A DNA stretch of 64,000 bases from Mizuhopecten yessoensis. Taxonomy: Eukaryota. A program made the translations under genes and the position numbers. Numbering within the stretch: the stretch's first letter is position 1; each line of letters begins with the position of its first letter. The notes under the pieces were generated by a model that searched no databases, had not been told where the DNA came from, and was given only the letters and a program-made list of their open reading frames with translations. Below, piece after piece: positions 1 through 11,792 of this stretch. The stretch covers positions 659,029 to 723,028 of the forward strand of contig NW_018405225.1 of assembly GCF_002113885.1 (NCBI RefSeq), given 5' to 3'.

Positions 1-3000
1 CAGCCAGTCATGAAACTGTAAGTAACGCAACTGTCAGTCACAAAACTGCTAGTCACAACGCAGCCAGTCACAACAAAATCAGTCAAAACACCATCAGTCA
101 CAACACAATTAGTGACAACACAATCAGTCACACAACTGTCAATCACATCACAATCACAAAACAGTATGTCACATCACAATCAGACACATCACAGTCAGTC
201 ACAACACAATCAGTCACAAACTGTCAGTCACAACACAGTCAGTCACAACACAATCAGTTACAACAAGGTTAGTCACAACACAGCCAGTCACAACACAGCC
301 AGTCACAATACAATCAGTCACAGCACTGTAAGTCACTCAACTGTCAGTCACAACAAAATCAGTCACAAACTGTCAGTCACAACACAATCAGTCACAATGC
401 AGCTAGTCACAACACAGTCAGTCACAACACAGTCAGTCAAAACACAGTCAGTCACAACCGAATCAGTCACAACACAATCAGTCACAACACAATCAGTCAC
501 AACAAGGTTAGTCACAACACAGCCAGTCACAACACAGCCAGTCACAATACAATCAGTCACAGCACTGTAAGTCACTCAACTGTCAGTCACAACAAAATCA
601 GTCACAAACTGTCAGTCACAACACAATCAGTCACAATGCAGCTAGTCACAACACAGTCAGTCACAACACAGTCAGTCAAAACACAGTCAAAACATGGTCA
701 GTCACAACACAATTAGTCACAACACAATCAGTCACACAACTGTCAATCACATCACAGTCACAACACAGTAAGTCACATCACAATCAGTCACATCACAGTC
801 AGTCACAACACAATCAGTCACAAACTGTCAGTCACAACACAGTCAGTCACAACACAATCAGTCACAACACATTCAGTCAAAATACAATCAGTCACATCAC
901 AGTCAGTCATGTCACAGTCGGTCACATTACAATCAGTCACAGCACTGTAAGACACAACATAATCAGTCACAACACAATCAGTCACAACACATTCAGTCAC
1001 AGTCAGTCACAACACAGATAGTCACAACACAGTCAGTCAAAAATTTGTCAGTCACTTCACAGTCACAACACAGAAAGTCACATCACAATCAGTCACATCA
1101 CAGTCAGTCACAACACAATCAGTCACAAACTGTCAGTCACAACACAGTCAGTCACAACACAATCAGTCACAACAAGGTTAGTCACAACACAGCCAGTCAC
1201 AACACAGCCAGTCACAATACAATCAGTCACAATACTGTAAGTCACTCAACTGTCAGTCACAACAAAATCAGTCACAAACTGTCAGTCACAACACAATCAG
1301 TCACAATGCAGCTAGTCACAACACAGTCAGTCACAACACAGTCAGTCAAAACACAGTCAAAACATGGTCAGTCACAACACAATTAGTCACAACACAATCA
1401 GTCACACAACTGTCAATCACATCACAGTCACAACACAGTAAGTCACATCACAATCAGTCACATCACAGTCAGTCACAACACAATCAGTCACAAACTGTCA
1501 GTCACAACACAGTCAGTCACAACACAATCAGTCACAACACAGCCAGTCACAACACATTCAGTCACAATACTATCAGTCACAACACAATCAGTCACACAAA
1601 TGTCAATCACATCACAGTCACAACACAGTAAGTCACATCACAATCAGTCACATCACAGTCAGTCACAACACAATCAGTCACAAACTGTCAGTCACAACAC
1701 AGTCAGTCACAACACAATCAGTCACAACACAGCCAGTCACAACACATTCAGTCACAATACTATCAGTCACAACACAATCAGTCACACAACTGTCAATCAC
1801 ATCACAGTCACAACACAGTAAGTCACATCACAATCAGTCACATCACAGTCAGTCACAACACAATCAGTCACAAACTGTCAGTCACAACACAGTCAGTCAC
1901 AACACAATCAGTCACAACACAGCCAGTCACAACACATTCAGTCACAATACTATCAGTCACAACACAATCAGTCACACAACTGTCAATCACATCACAGTCA
2001 CAACACAGTAAGTCACATCACAATCACTCACATCACAGTCTGTCACAACACAATCAGTCACAAACTGTCAGTCACAACACAGTCAGTCACAACACAATCA
2101 GTCACAACACAGCCAGTCACAATACAATCAGTCACATCACAGTCAGTCATGTCACAGTCAGTCACATTACAATCAGTCACAGCACTGTAAGTCACAACAC
2201 AATCAGTCACAACACAATCAGTCACAACACAATCAGTCACAATGCAGTCAGTCCCATCACAGTCAGTCAAAACACCGTCAGTCACAACACAATTAGTCAC
2301 AACACAATCAGTCACACAACTGTCAATCACATCACAGTCACAACACAGTATGTCACATCACAATCAGTCACATCACAGTCAGTCACAACACAATCAGTCA
2401 CAAACTGTCAGTCACAACACAGGCAGTCACAACACAATCAGTCACAACACAGCCAGTCACAATACAATCAGTCACATCACAGTCAGTCATGTCACAGTCG
2501 GTCACATTACAATCAGTCACAGCACTGTGAGTCACAACACAATCAGTCACAACACAATCAGTCAAAACACAATCAGTCACAATGCAGCTAGTCACAACAC
2601 AATCAGTCACAACACAGTCAGTCACAACACAGTCAGTCACAACACAGTCAGTCAAAACACAGTTCGTCAAAACACGGTCAGTCACAACACAGTCAGTCAA
2701 AACACAGTCAGTCACAACCGAATCAGTCACAACACAATCAGTCACAACACAATCAGTCACAATGCAGCTAGTCACAACACAGTCAGTCACAACACAGTCA
2801 GTCACATCACAGTCAGTCACAACACAATCAGTCACAAACTGTCAGTCACAACACAGTCAGTCACAACACAATCAGTCACAACACAGCCAGTCACAATACA
2901 ATCAGTCACATCACAGTCAGTCATGTCACAGTCGGTCACATTACAATCAGTCACAGCACTGTGAGTCACAACACAATCAGTCACAACACAATCAGTCAAA

Positions 3001-3660
3001 ACACAATCAGTCACAATGCAGCTAGTCACAACACAATCAGTCACAACACGGTCAGTCACAACACAGTCAGTCAAAACACAGTCAGTCACAACCGAATCAG
3101 TCACAACACAATCAGTCACAACACAATCAGTCACAATGCAGCTAGTCACAACACAGTCAGTCACAACACAGTCAGTCACATCACAGTCAGTCACAACACA
3201 ATCAGTCACAAACTGTCAGTCACAACACAGTCAGTCACAACACAATCAGTCACAACACAGCCAGTCACAATACAATCAGTCACATCACAGTCAGTCATGT
3301 CACAGTCGGTCACAACACAATCAGTCACAACACTGTTAGTCACAACACAGCCAGGCACAACACAGTCAGTCACAATGCAATCAGTCACAACACACCACAA
3401 TCAGTCAAAAATGTGTCAGTCACTTCACAGTCACAACACAATCAGTAACATTACAGTCAGTCACATCACAGTCACAACACAATCAGTCATGTCACAGTCA
3501 GTCATGTCACAGTCAGTCACAACACAGTCAGTCACAACACAGTCAGTCACAACACAATCAGTCAAAAATTTGTCAGTCACTTCACAGTTTATCACAATAC
3601 ACTCAGTCTAAAATCTGTCAGTTACTTCACAATCAGTCACAACACAGTCAATTACAACAA
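1..3660. repeat. 15-bp minisatellite (AGTCACAACACAATC/AGTCACAACACAGTC) with higher-order repeats
   Basis: Continuous array running from the window start. The marker tgtcaatcac recurs at 1411, 1601, 1791 and 1981 (190-bp period). It explains the TTQSV/SHNT/VTDC ORFs. Confidence 0.97.
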
Positions 3661-5477
3661 CAGCCACAAAAATCTCTCATTGAAATTCATATCTGATAAG
3701 ATATTCTAACAACTGGTTATAGACTTGAACAATGCAGGTGTCTGTTGTGAAGATAATAGCTTATACAGATATGAAACGGGTAACTAGAAGGAAAAACCCT
3801 TATGATGAGAGTACAATATATTCCAGTGCAAAGCCTAACTGGCTCTCCCTGTCATTTTGTGACATATTGACAAGGTCACTAATAATGGTTTAGATAAACC
3901 CATGTAATATAGACCTGTCCTGTGTCCTCATTAGTAATATAAGATATCACAGCTTAAATGCCTGGCCCCAGTGGTCACTCACTGGTCACTTTACTGGTCA
4001 GACGGAGCTGACTCTAACTATGACATCCACTGACCCTGGTGCTCAACCTTGGGTTTGACAGAATCCTGGTTCCATCAAATTGGCTAGAACAATTCAGCAC
4101 CCCAGCCATTACCTAACATGGCTCATTTGTCAAAGCATGGGCAGCTTGAATAATTTTCATCTAAATTATTTTCAGGTATTATTTCTTCTTATCTTATAAA
4201 AATAAAAATAAATTTCATGTTATATTGTTCAGAGTTTAACAAATTGTGAATGAACCTTTTGGTACAATATATCATCTAATCTGTAAAGTGTTTTTTGTGA
4301 TTGGAAAGTTTTCTTTATGTCTGTTTTTAAGTTAAAAAACCAATAGGGCTTTGAATTTAGGACATGATCCAGACATAGCTGAATTGTGAGATGCCATTAG
4401 TAGCCATTATGTTGTAGTGACAGTGCCAACCTTCAACTGTCACAGTACAACAACCAAATGTAGGTATAGGTAATAAAAGCAGGTCTGAAACCGCCACAGC
4501 AGGTTTATAGTAACCATTATCTCACTTAGTCCCACTATAGTCCGCCTTTAAAACTACTTAAATGTGTTAAAAACCCCATTAAGCCTGGAACAAACAACAG
4601 ACAAAGAACATCAGCTTATTGAAGTAGATGTTAACAAAATCTGGAATGGCAAAAGATGGCCAATGTTCTTGGCTTAAAGAAAAAGACAAGTCGTTCTTGA
4701 AAGGTCATGACATGCTTATACAATGTAAAAAGTAAACCTGTGATAATTGTATGTTTTCAATCTTACTGAAAATACATAAAAGCAAATCTGTTAACTTAGG
4801 AAAAATCAGATAAAATTCTATCCCAAAATAACACATCAAATTAAAGATATATACTGATTCTGTACATTTTGTAAACACTTTGATATTTTAGTGTTGGAAC
4901 TGCCAGGGCTAGTGCTTATATTCAGGAACTTTAAGAAAAAACAATAAAACTATTAAATAGTTTACCATTTATAAACTTGTAATATGACAAGTGTATGTTA
5001 TGATGTGCAAGGATTAAGAAGTTCTCAATTTAATACTGACTGATTAAAAAAACGGGTGAAACGATGACCCGTTAAGGTCATAATTTTTTCCGGGTGGAGG
5101 GGTCTTGTTTCCGGGTGTGACCTGGACAATCCAGGTGAGTTGACAGGTACATTTGTATGTACTGTTTAGGGGTGCTACAGTCAGTCGTCCTATTCAGTCA
5201 GTTTAAAAAAGATGTATGTGGAAACAATTAGATATGTACATGGATGTATCCTCACGCAACAAAGCAAAGTCATCTGAGATCAGTCTCTCACAGTTCATTT
5301 GTTCACATTTAAAGTATTTGGTTTTTGGAAGAATGTTGCACATGCATGGTCTATAAAAAACCAAGGAAACAGTCACATGTGTGCCGTAAACCCTATATTA
5401 CTGTACATGATTGTTAGCCAATGAAAAGTGTTGTTACAACACTGACATGGTAGCTAGAACATGCAATATTTCTCAGT

Positions 5478-7549
5478 AGCGTAGATAGAGGAGACATGAG
5501 CGTAGATAGAGGAGACATGAGGGTAGATAGAGGAGACTTGAGCGTAGACATGACCCTAGATAGAGGAGACATGAGCGTAGACATGAGCGCAGATAGAGGA
5601 GACATGAGCGTAGACATGAACGTAGATAGAGGAGACATGAACGTAGATAGAGGAGACATGAGTGTAGATAGAGGAGACATGAGCGTAGATAGAGGGGACA
5701 TGAGCGTAGATAAAAGAGACATGAACGTAGACATGAGCGTAGATAGAGGAGACATGAGCGTGGATAGAGGAGACATGAGCGTAGATAGAGGAGACTTGAG
5801 CGTAGACATGAGCCAAGATAGAGGAGACATGAGCGTAGACATGAGCTTAGATAGAGGAGACATGAGCGTAGGTAGAGGAAACATGAGCGTAGACATGACC
5901 TTAGATAGAGGAGACATGAGCGTAGATAGAGGGGACATGAGCGTAGACATGAGCGTAGATAGAGAAGACATGAGCGTAGATAGAGGAGACATGAGCGAAG
6001 ATAGAGGAGACATGAGCATAGACATGAGCTTAGATAGAGGAGACATGAGCGTAGATAGAGGCGACATGCGCATAGATAGAGGAGACATGAGCGTAGATAG
6101 AAGAGACATGAGCGTAGATAGAGGAGACATGAGGGTAGATAGAGGAGACTTGAGCGTAGACATGAGCCAAGATAGAGGAGACATGAGCGTAGACATGAGC
6201 GCAGATAGAGGAGACATGAACGTAGATAGAGGAGACATGAGTGTAGATAGAGGAGACATGAGTGTAGATAGAGGAGACATGAGTGTAGATAGAGGAGACA
6301 TGAGCGTAGATAGAGGTGACATGAGCGTAGACATGAGCGTAGATAGAGAAGACATGAGCGTAGATAGAGGAGACATGAGCTTAGATAGAGGAGACTTGAG
6401 CGTAGACATGAGCCAAGATAGAGGAGACATGAGCGTAGACATGAGCGTAGATAGAGGAGACAGGAGCGTAGATAGAGGAGACATGAGCATAGATAGAGGA
6501 GACATGAGCGAAGATAGAGGAGACATGAGCATAGACATGAGCGTTGATAGAGGAGACATGAGCATAGGTAGAGGAGACATGAGCGTAGATAGAGGACACT
6601 TGAGCGTAGACATGACCCTAGATAGAGGAGACATGAGCGTAGACATGAGCGCAGATAGAGGAGACATGAACGTAGATAGAGGAGACATGAGTGTAGATAG
6701 AGGAGACATGAGCGTAGATAGAGGGGACATGAGCGTAGATAAAAGAGACATGAACGTAGACATGAGCGTAGATAGAGGAGACATGAGAATAGATAGAGGA
6801 GACATGAGCGTAGATAGTGGAGACATGAGCGTAGACATGAGCGTAGATAGAGGAGACATGAGAATAGATAGAGGAGACATGAGCGTAGATAGAGGAGACA
6901 TTAGCGTAGACATGAGCGTAGATAGAGGAGACAGGAGCGTAGATAGAGGAGACATGAGCATAGATAGAGGCGACATTAGCGTAGATAGAGGAGACATGAG
7001 CGTAGACAGGAGCGTAGATAGAGGAGACATGAGCATAGATAGAGGAGACATGAGCGTAGATAGAAGAGACGTGAGCGTAGATAGAGGAGACATGAGCGTA
7101 GACATGAACGTAGATAGAGGAGACATGAACGTAGATAGAGGAAACATGAGCGTAGATAGAGGAGACATGAGCGTGGATAGAGGAGACATGAGCGTAGATA
7201 GAGGAGACTTGAGCGTAGACATGAGCCAAGATAGAGGAGACATGAGCGTAGACATGAGCATAGATAGAGGAGACATGAGGGTAGATAGAGGAGACTTGAG
7301 CGTAGACATGACCCTAGATAGAGGAGACATGAGCGTAGACATGAGCATAGATAGAGGAGACATGAGGGTAGATAGAGGAGACTTGAGCGTAGACATGAGC
7401 CAAGATAGAGGAGACATGAGCGTAGACATGAGCTTAGATAGAGGAGACATGAGCGTAGATAGAGGCGACATGCGCATAGATAGAGGAGACATGAGCGTAG
7501 ATAGAGGAGACATGAGCGTAGACATGAGCGTAGATAGAGGAGACATGAG
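5478..7549. repeat. 21-bp (ATGAGCGTAGATAGAGGAGAC) plus 12-bp (ATGAGCGTAGAC) composite minisatellite
   Basis: Units are directly visible. Both lengths are multiples of 3, which gives 710-aa ORFs on both strands. Confidence 0.97.
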
Positions 7550-7695
7550 ATATCAGTTTTACTGTATTGTTGCTGGCTGTACATGTGCAGATTGTGACCG
7601 CAACATGAAGGATACTGACTTAGCGTAAATCACAGATTGTATAACCGCTCTGGCGGCACACTTGTTCCGATATTAATTAAAAAGTTCAGTGTTTT

Positions 7696-8108
7696 GGTTT
7701 GGTTTGTTTGTGTTTTACGTCCTATCAACAGCTATAGTCATTTAAGGACGTGCCAGGTTTGGTTTGTTTGTGTTTTACGTCCTATCAACAGCTATGGTCA
7801 TTTAAGGACGTGCCAGGTTTGGTTTGTTTGTGTTTTACGTCCTATCAACAGCTATAGTCATTTAAGGACGTGCCAGGTTTGGTTTGTTTGTGTTTTACGT
7901 CCTATCAACAGCTATATGGTCATTTAAGGACGTGCCAGGTGGTGGTGGTGGAGGAAAGCCAGAGTTTGCGGAGAAAAACCACCGACCAATGGGCAGTACC
8001 TGGCGACTGCCCTACCTAGGTCTCGAACCCGAAACCCAGTGGTGGAGGGCTAGTGGTAGCTGAAAGTGAGAACGTTAGATGCCTAAACCACTTGGCCGAC
8101 GCAGCCCC
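7696..8108 (-). mobile_element. tRNA-derived SINE (V-domain-like core) with a 4x tandemly repeated 60-bp 3' tail
   Basis: The minus strand reads A-box-like TCGGCCAAGTGGTT, B-box GGGTTCGAGACC (8019-8030), core GGTGGTTTTTCTCCG..ACTCTGGCTTTCCTCCACCA, then tail ...GTCCTTAAATGAC..GCTGTTGATAGGACGTAAAACACAAACAAACC. Tail units start at 7696, 7756, 7816 and 7876. Confidence 0.88.
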
Positions 8109-8670
8109 AATTTTTGAAAAAGTGGTGTCTATATATGTAGAACAACTAAGGTTAAAGGAAAAGAAAAAGTGTAAAGGGAGTTAAGGTTGGGGATGGAGAT
8201 GCGGGCCACTTTGTTCAGTGAACCTGGCTCATATGCCATAGGAGGAAATAAACATCTGACCTTTTTGATCTGATCACAGTAGCCTCATATATACACTTAG
8301 AATCAGTAAGAACCCTTTATTGATCACTAGGTTACAGTTTGAGAAGGATGAACAGTAGTGCCATAATTGACCTCCGAGTTGCCGTTTGACCTTGCCATGG
8401 ATAATGATCTCCAGTCAAATAATCACACTACAACCTCTAATTTTTCACGCAAATAATTCAATTCCCAGCCAACATACAGCCTGTGATTGGTGTATATAGA
8501 GGTATATGATTGCCAGGCCCTATAGAATATCGGTTCTCTATATGACACAAATGATCTGTTCATGTTTTCTGTTGGTCTGTATACATACCCTTCCAATTTG
8601 CGTGTTCCAAACAACTATACCATTGAGTTAGCCTGTGTAAAAAAATACTACTGATCAACTTACTCAAAAC

Positions 8671-9134
8671 CATGCACACTCCTTCCACTCCCTCCACTTC
8701 CTGTGTACATACTCACACTCCTTCCTCTTCCTGTGTATACATATATACACTTCCTCCACTTCCTGTGTACATACCCACACTTCTTCCACTTCCTGTGTAA
8801 ATACTAATTATGTACACAAGAAGTGGAAGGTGTGTTAACACTCCCGCCCCTTCCTGTGTACATCCCCACACTTCTTCCACTTCCTGTGTAAATACCCACA
8901 CTTCTTCCCCTTCCTGTGTACATAATTAGTATTTACACAGGAAGTGGAGGAAGTGTATATATGTACACAGGACGTGGAGGAAGCGTATATATGTACACAG
9001 GAAGGGGCGGGAGTGTTAACACACCTTCCACTTCCTGTGTACATACCCATGCACACTCCTTCCACTTCCTGTGTACATATATACACTTCCTCCACGTCCT
9101 GTGTACATATAGTACACGCCTTCCACTCCCTCCC
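8671..9134. repeat. ~30-bp minisatellite (CACACTTCCTCCACTTCCTGTGTACATA..) with internal inversions
   Basis: Units occur in both orientations and the inversion junctions are duplicated. Confidence 0.9.
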
Positions 9135-11662
9135 AAGATAATATATCCCATTAACTTTGACTTTAAGGTAAGAATTGCTGAGAATTAGCTTAACGGTTCC
9201 TGAATTCTGCATCATCAGTAACATTGAGAATTAAGAGAAACACATTGTCTGATTTACCGCTATACTCCCATTTGACTCCGTTGAGAAACCACCACTTCTG
9301 TTGTGGATTTGAACTCAGACACTGTAGGTCAAGTTGGATGGTAAGGAAGTCCCTCTGAGATAAACAATATGGTTAAATACGGTGCTTATACACATAGTTA
9401 CTTGGTGGTCTTCATTGATACTAGATATAACATCTAGTAATGGGAATGGGTATTACAGTGGCTGTTTGGTCAGACAAGATGTCCTTGTCATTAATTCTGG
9501 AGGTCTATGATCCAGATTAATACATATGTATTGTGTCTGTGACATGACATTTTTATGGGCTAGCACTATAAATTCTTATATATTTTGTGTTAAAATGTAT
9601 AGGTATCTATACTGACAGGTAAATCTTACCTGTCTGAATCCTGGTACTGGAGAAACTTGACTGTCTGGCACACCCTGAGGGGGGTGTACTACAGAGGGTA
9701 TAGGGGTCTGATGTCAGATATCATAGGGACTGAGACCACAGTCAAACTTCAATATATCTACAATATGTATTTCTCCGTTTGTACATGTACGTTTGTACCT
9801 AAACAGGCGTGGATCAAGGAGGGTGTGGGCTTAGGGCGATAGCTTCCTGATCAGGGTCCAGGGGCAATTAGTCATGGTAGAGTAGAGCAAAGTAAAAGGG
9901 TGTGGGTAGGGGGAGGGGTTTATTTAATAATGTATCACTCATTTATAACATTAACATTTTTCCCTTGGGGGGGGGGTATACATGTATATCTATGTGAGGA
10001 TGCTCACAATCTCTTGTCTCTAGTTCCACATGAAAACGTTATGGCGTTGAGGGAAGATGATGACATTTTCCTGAAATTTCAAGTTAACGAGTCTCCATAA
10101 TTAAGTAATTTTTCGTGAAACTGGTGATGGGGAATGATACCGCACACAAAATCAAGTGAAAATGTTTGCTTTAAAGTATACGTCTCTGACCGTTGTCAGA
10201 CTTTTTATAGACAACATGACCACAATAGATGAGTGGCAAAACAACATAACTTTTTGTTTGTCTGTGCTCAATACATGTGAGTGTAAATCCTTTCAATTTA
10301 AATATGCTTGGCTTTTTAATATAATAAGTTTTCAAAACAATTGCTTGCAAATCAGAATGACATGATCTTCAACATCATCTAAATTACACACATTACGCAC
10401 TCGACGATTCAATGTTATGATATCGCCCTTTTTCTAATTTTAAGTTATGAGGAGATAAATTTTTTTTATTTCTTTCAGATATTCTTTTTGTATTGGTTTA
10501 CGCAGGTAGTTTTGTAGATCAAAATATATCTATAAAAACATGCTTTTGAGAATAATCTATTTTTTCTGCACATTCTTCTCTAAAGATATCAATAAACCTT
10601 TCTTTAATTTATTAATAAATGTTGTTGTCTTTAATATAATGTTTCCAAATATACGCTAGGCCAGGTTAATCCCAGCCTCTGATATATACTACATGTCCAC
10701 TGTGTAACTTGCTAAAGGCGCTAAGTGGTACTAATTGGTCAGCTGTAAAAGGTCAATTATCTTTTTCATTGCACTGTGTAAGTTCATAGGTACACTAGCC
10801 CGGAACCGCTTGACTGATTTTTGACACCTTTATAATTACCACACACAGATAGGGCACTCCGTTAACAAACTTACTATAGACAGAGACGTATACAAGTCTT
10901 TGTCATAGACAACAAGGAATCACACTATATTTTCTCAGGAACTCAGTCACACGATGACATTTTTTTTTTAATAAATTAGGAATTCCAAGTTAAATATTAG
11001 TTTACCTTGGTTAGGCATTGTTGTGAAATGAAATTGTGCCTGGGGCTGTCATTTCCTGATCGAGGGACAGCCAAAGTATCTTACCTGTAGGTTTTTACCT
11101 TGAACTGATTTACCTGTATACAGCTGAACGTGATGGATAGACAATGAACTGGATTAATTGACATGGACTTAATTGCCTTGAAATCACAGAATGTGACTTT
11201 AATCAGGTACAACACATCAGAATCCAATGTGACCACAGGTGAATGGTCAATGCATTATCACTGCCTAGATTCTCAGGTATATCATATTGAAAGAAATGTA
11301 TCTGTCAGCGGGTGGTCATGTTGCCCTTACAACCTTTATAACGGCCACTAAAGTTGTTTATACCTTAAACAAGGAACAGGTCATTACCACATGCCTGTTA
11401 TTCAAATTACCCCTATAAGGCCTAGCTGCTGGTGTGCCAGGGAACACACAGTAGGCCCATGGGAGGAGGGCTGTTACGTCCATGTATGTGTAAACCATCA
11501 TTTTTGTGTGTTTTTTTCCTTCACACAATTATGATAGTTAGAATAATTTTCACGTAATGCGGTTTATAATGATTTTTTTTTTACAATTCGTTTCGACAAA
11601 TATATATTCCGTAAAATTTTCAACCGAACGTTTCATAAACGCTTTTTAAATAGAAAGATGTA

Positions 11663-11792
11663 GACGGAAGTGCTACGGAAACGATACGGAAGTGCTACGG
11701 AAACGCTACGCAAGTGCTACGGAAATGCTACGGTTATGGTAGGGAAGTACTACGGAAATGCTACGCAAGTGATACGCAAGTGCTACGCAAAC
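11663..11792. repeat. 11-bp CpG-rich tandem repeat (GCTACGGAAGT/GCTACGGAAAC), possibly the subterminal repeat of a degraded DNA transposon
   Basis: About 11 degenerate units inside a CpG-rich patch at ~11550-11840. Confidence 0.75.

Noticed and set aside
112-3611. Thr/Ser/His-rich mucin-like ORFs and antisense VVTDC ORFs
   Set aside because: Translations of the 15-bp satellite, broken by frequent frameshifts and stops.
5040-5150. hAT-like terminal fragment (CCGGGTG repeats ending GAGTTGACAGGTA)
   Set aside because: No matching opposite terminus found.
8019-8108. tRNA gene
   Set aside because: The A/B boxes belong to a SINE head; there is no cloverleaf and the sequence continues into SINE core and tail.
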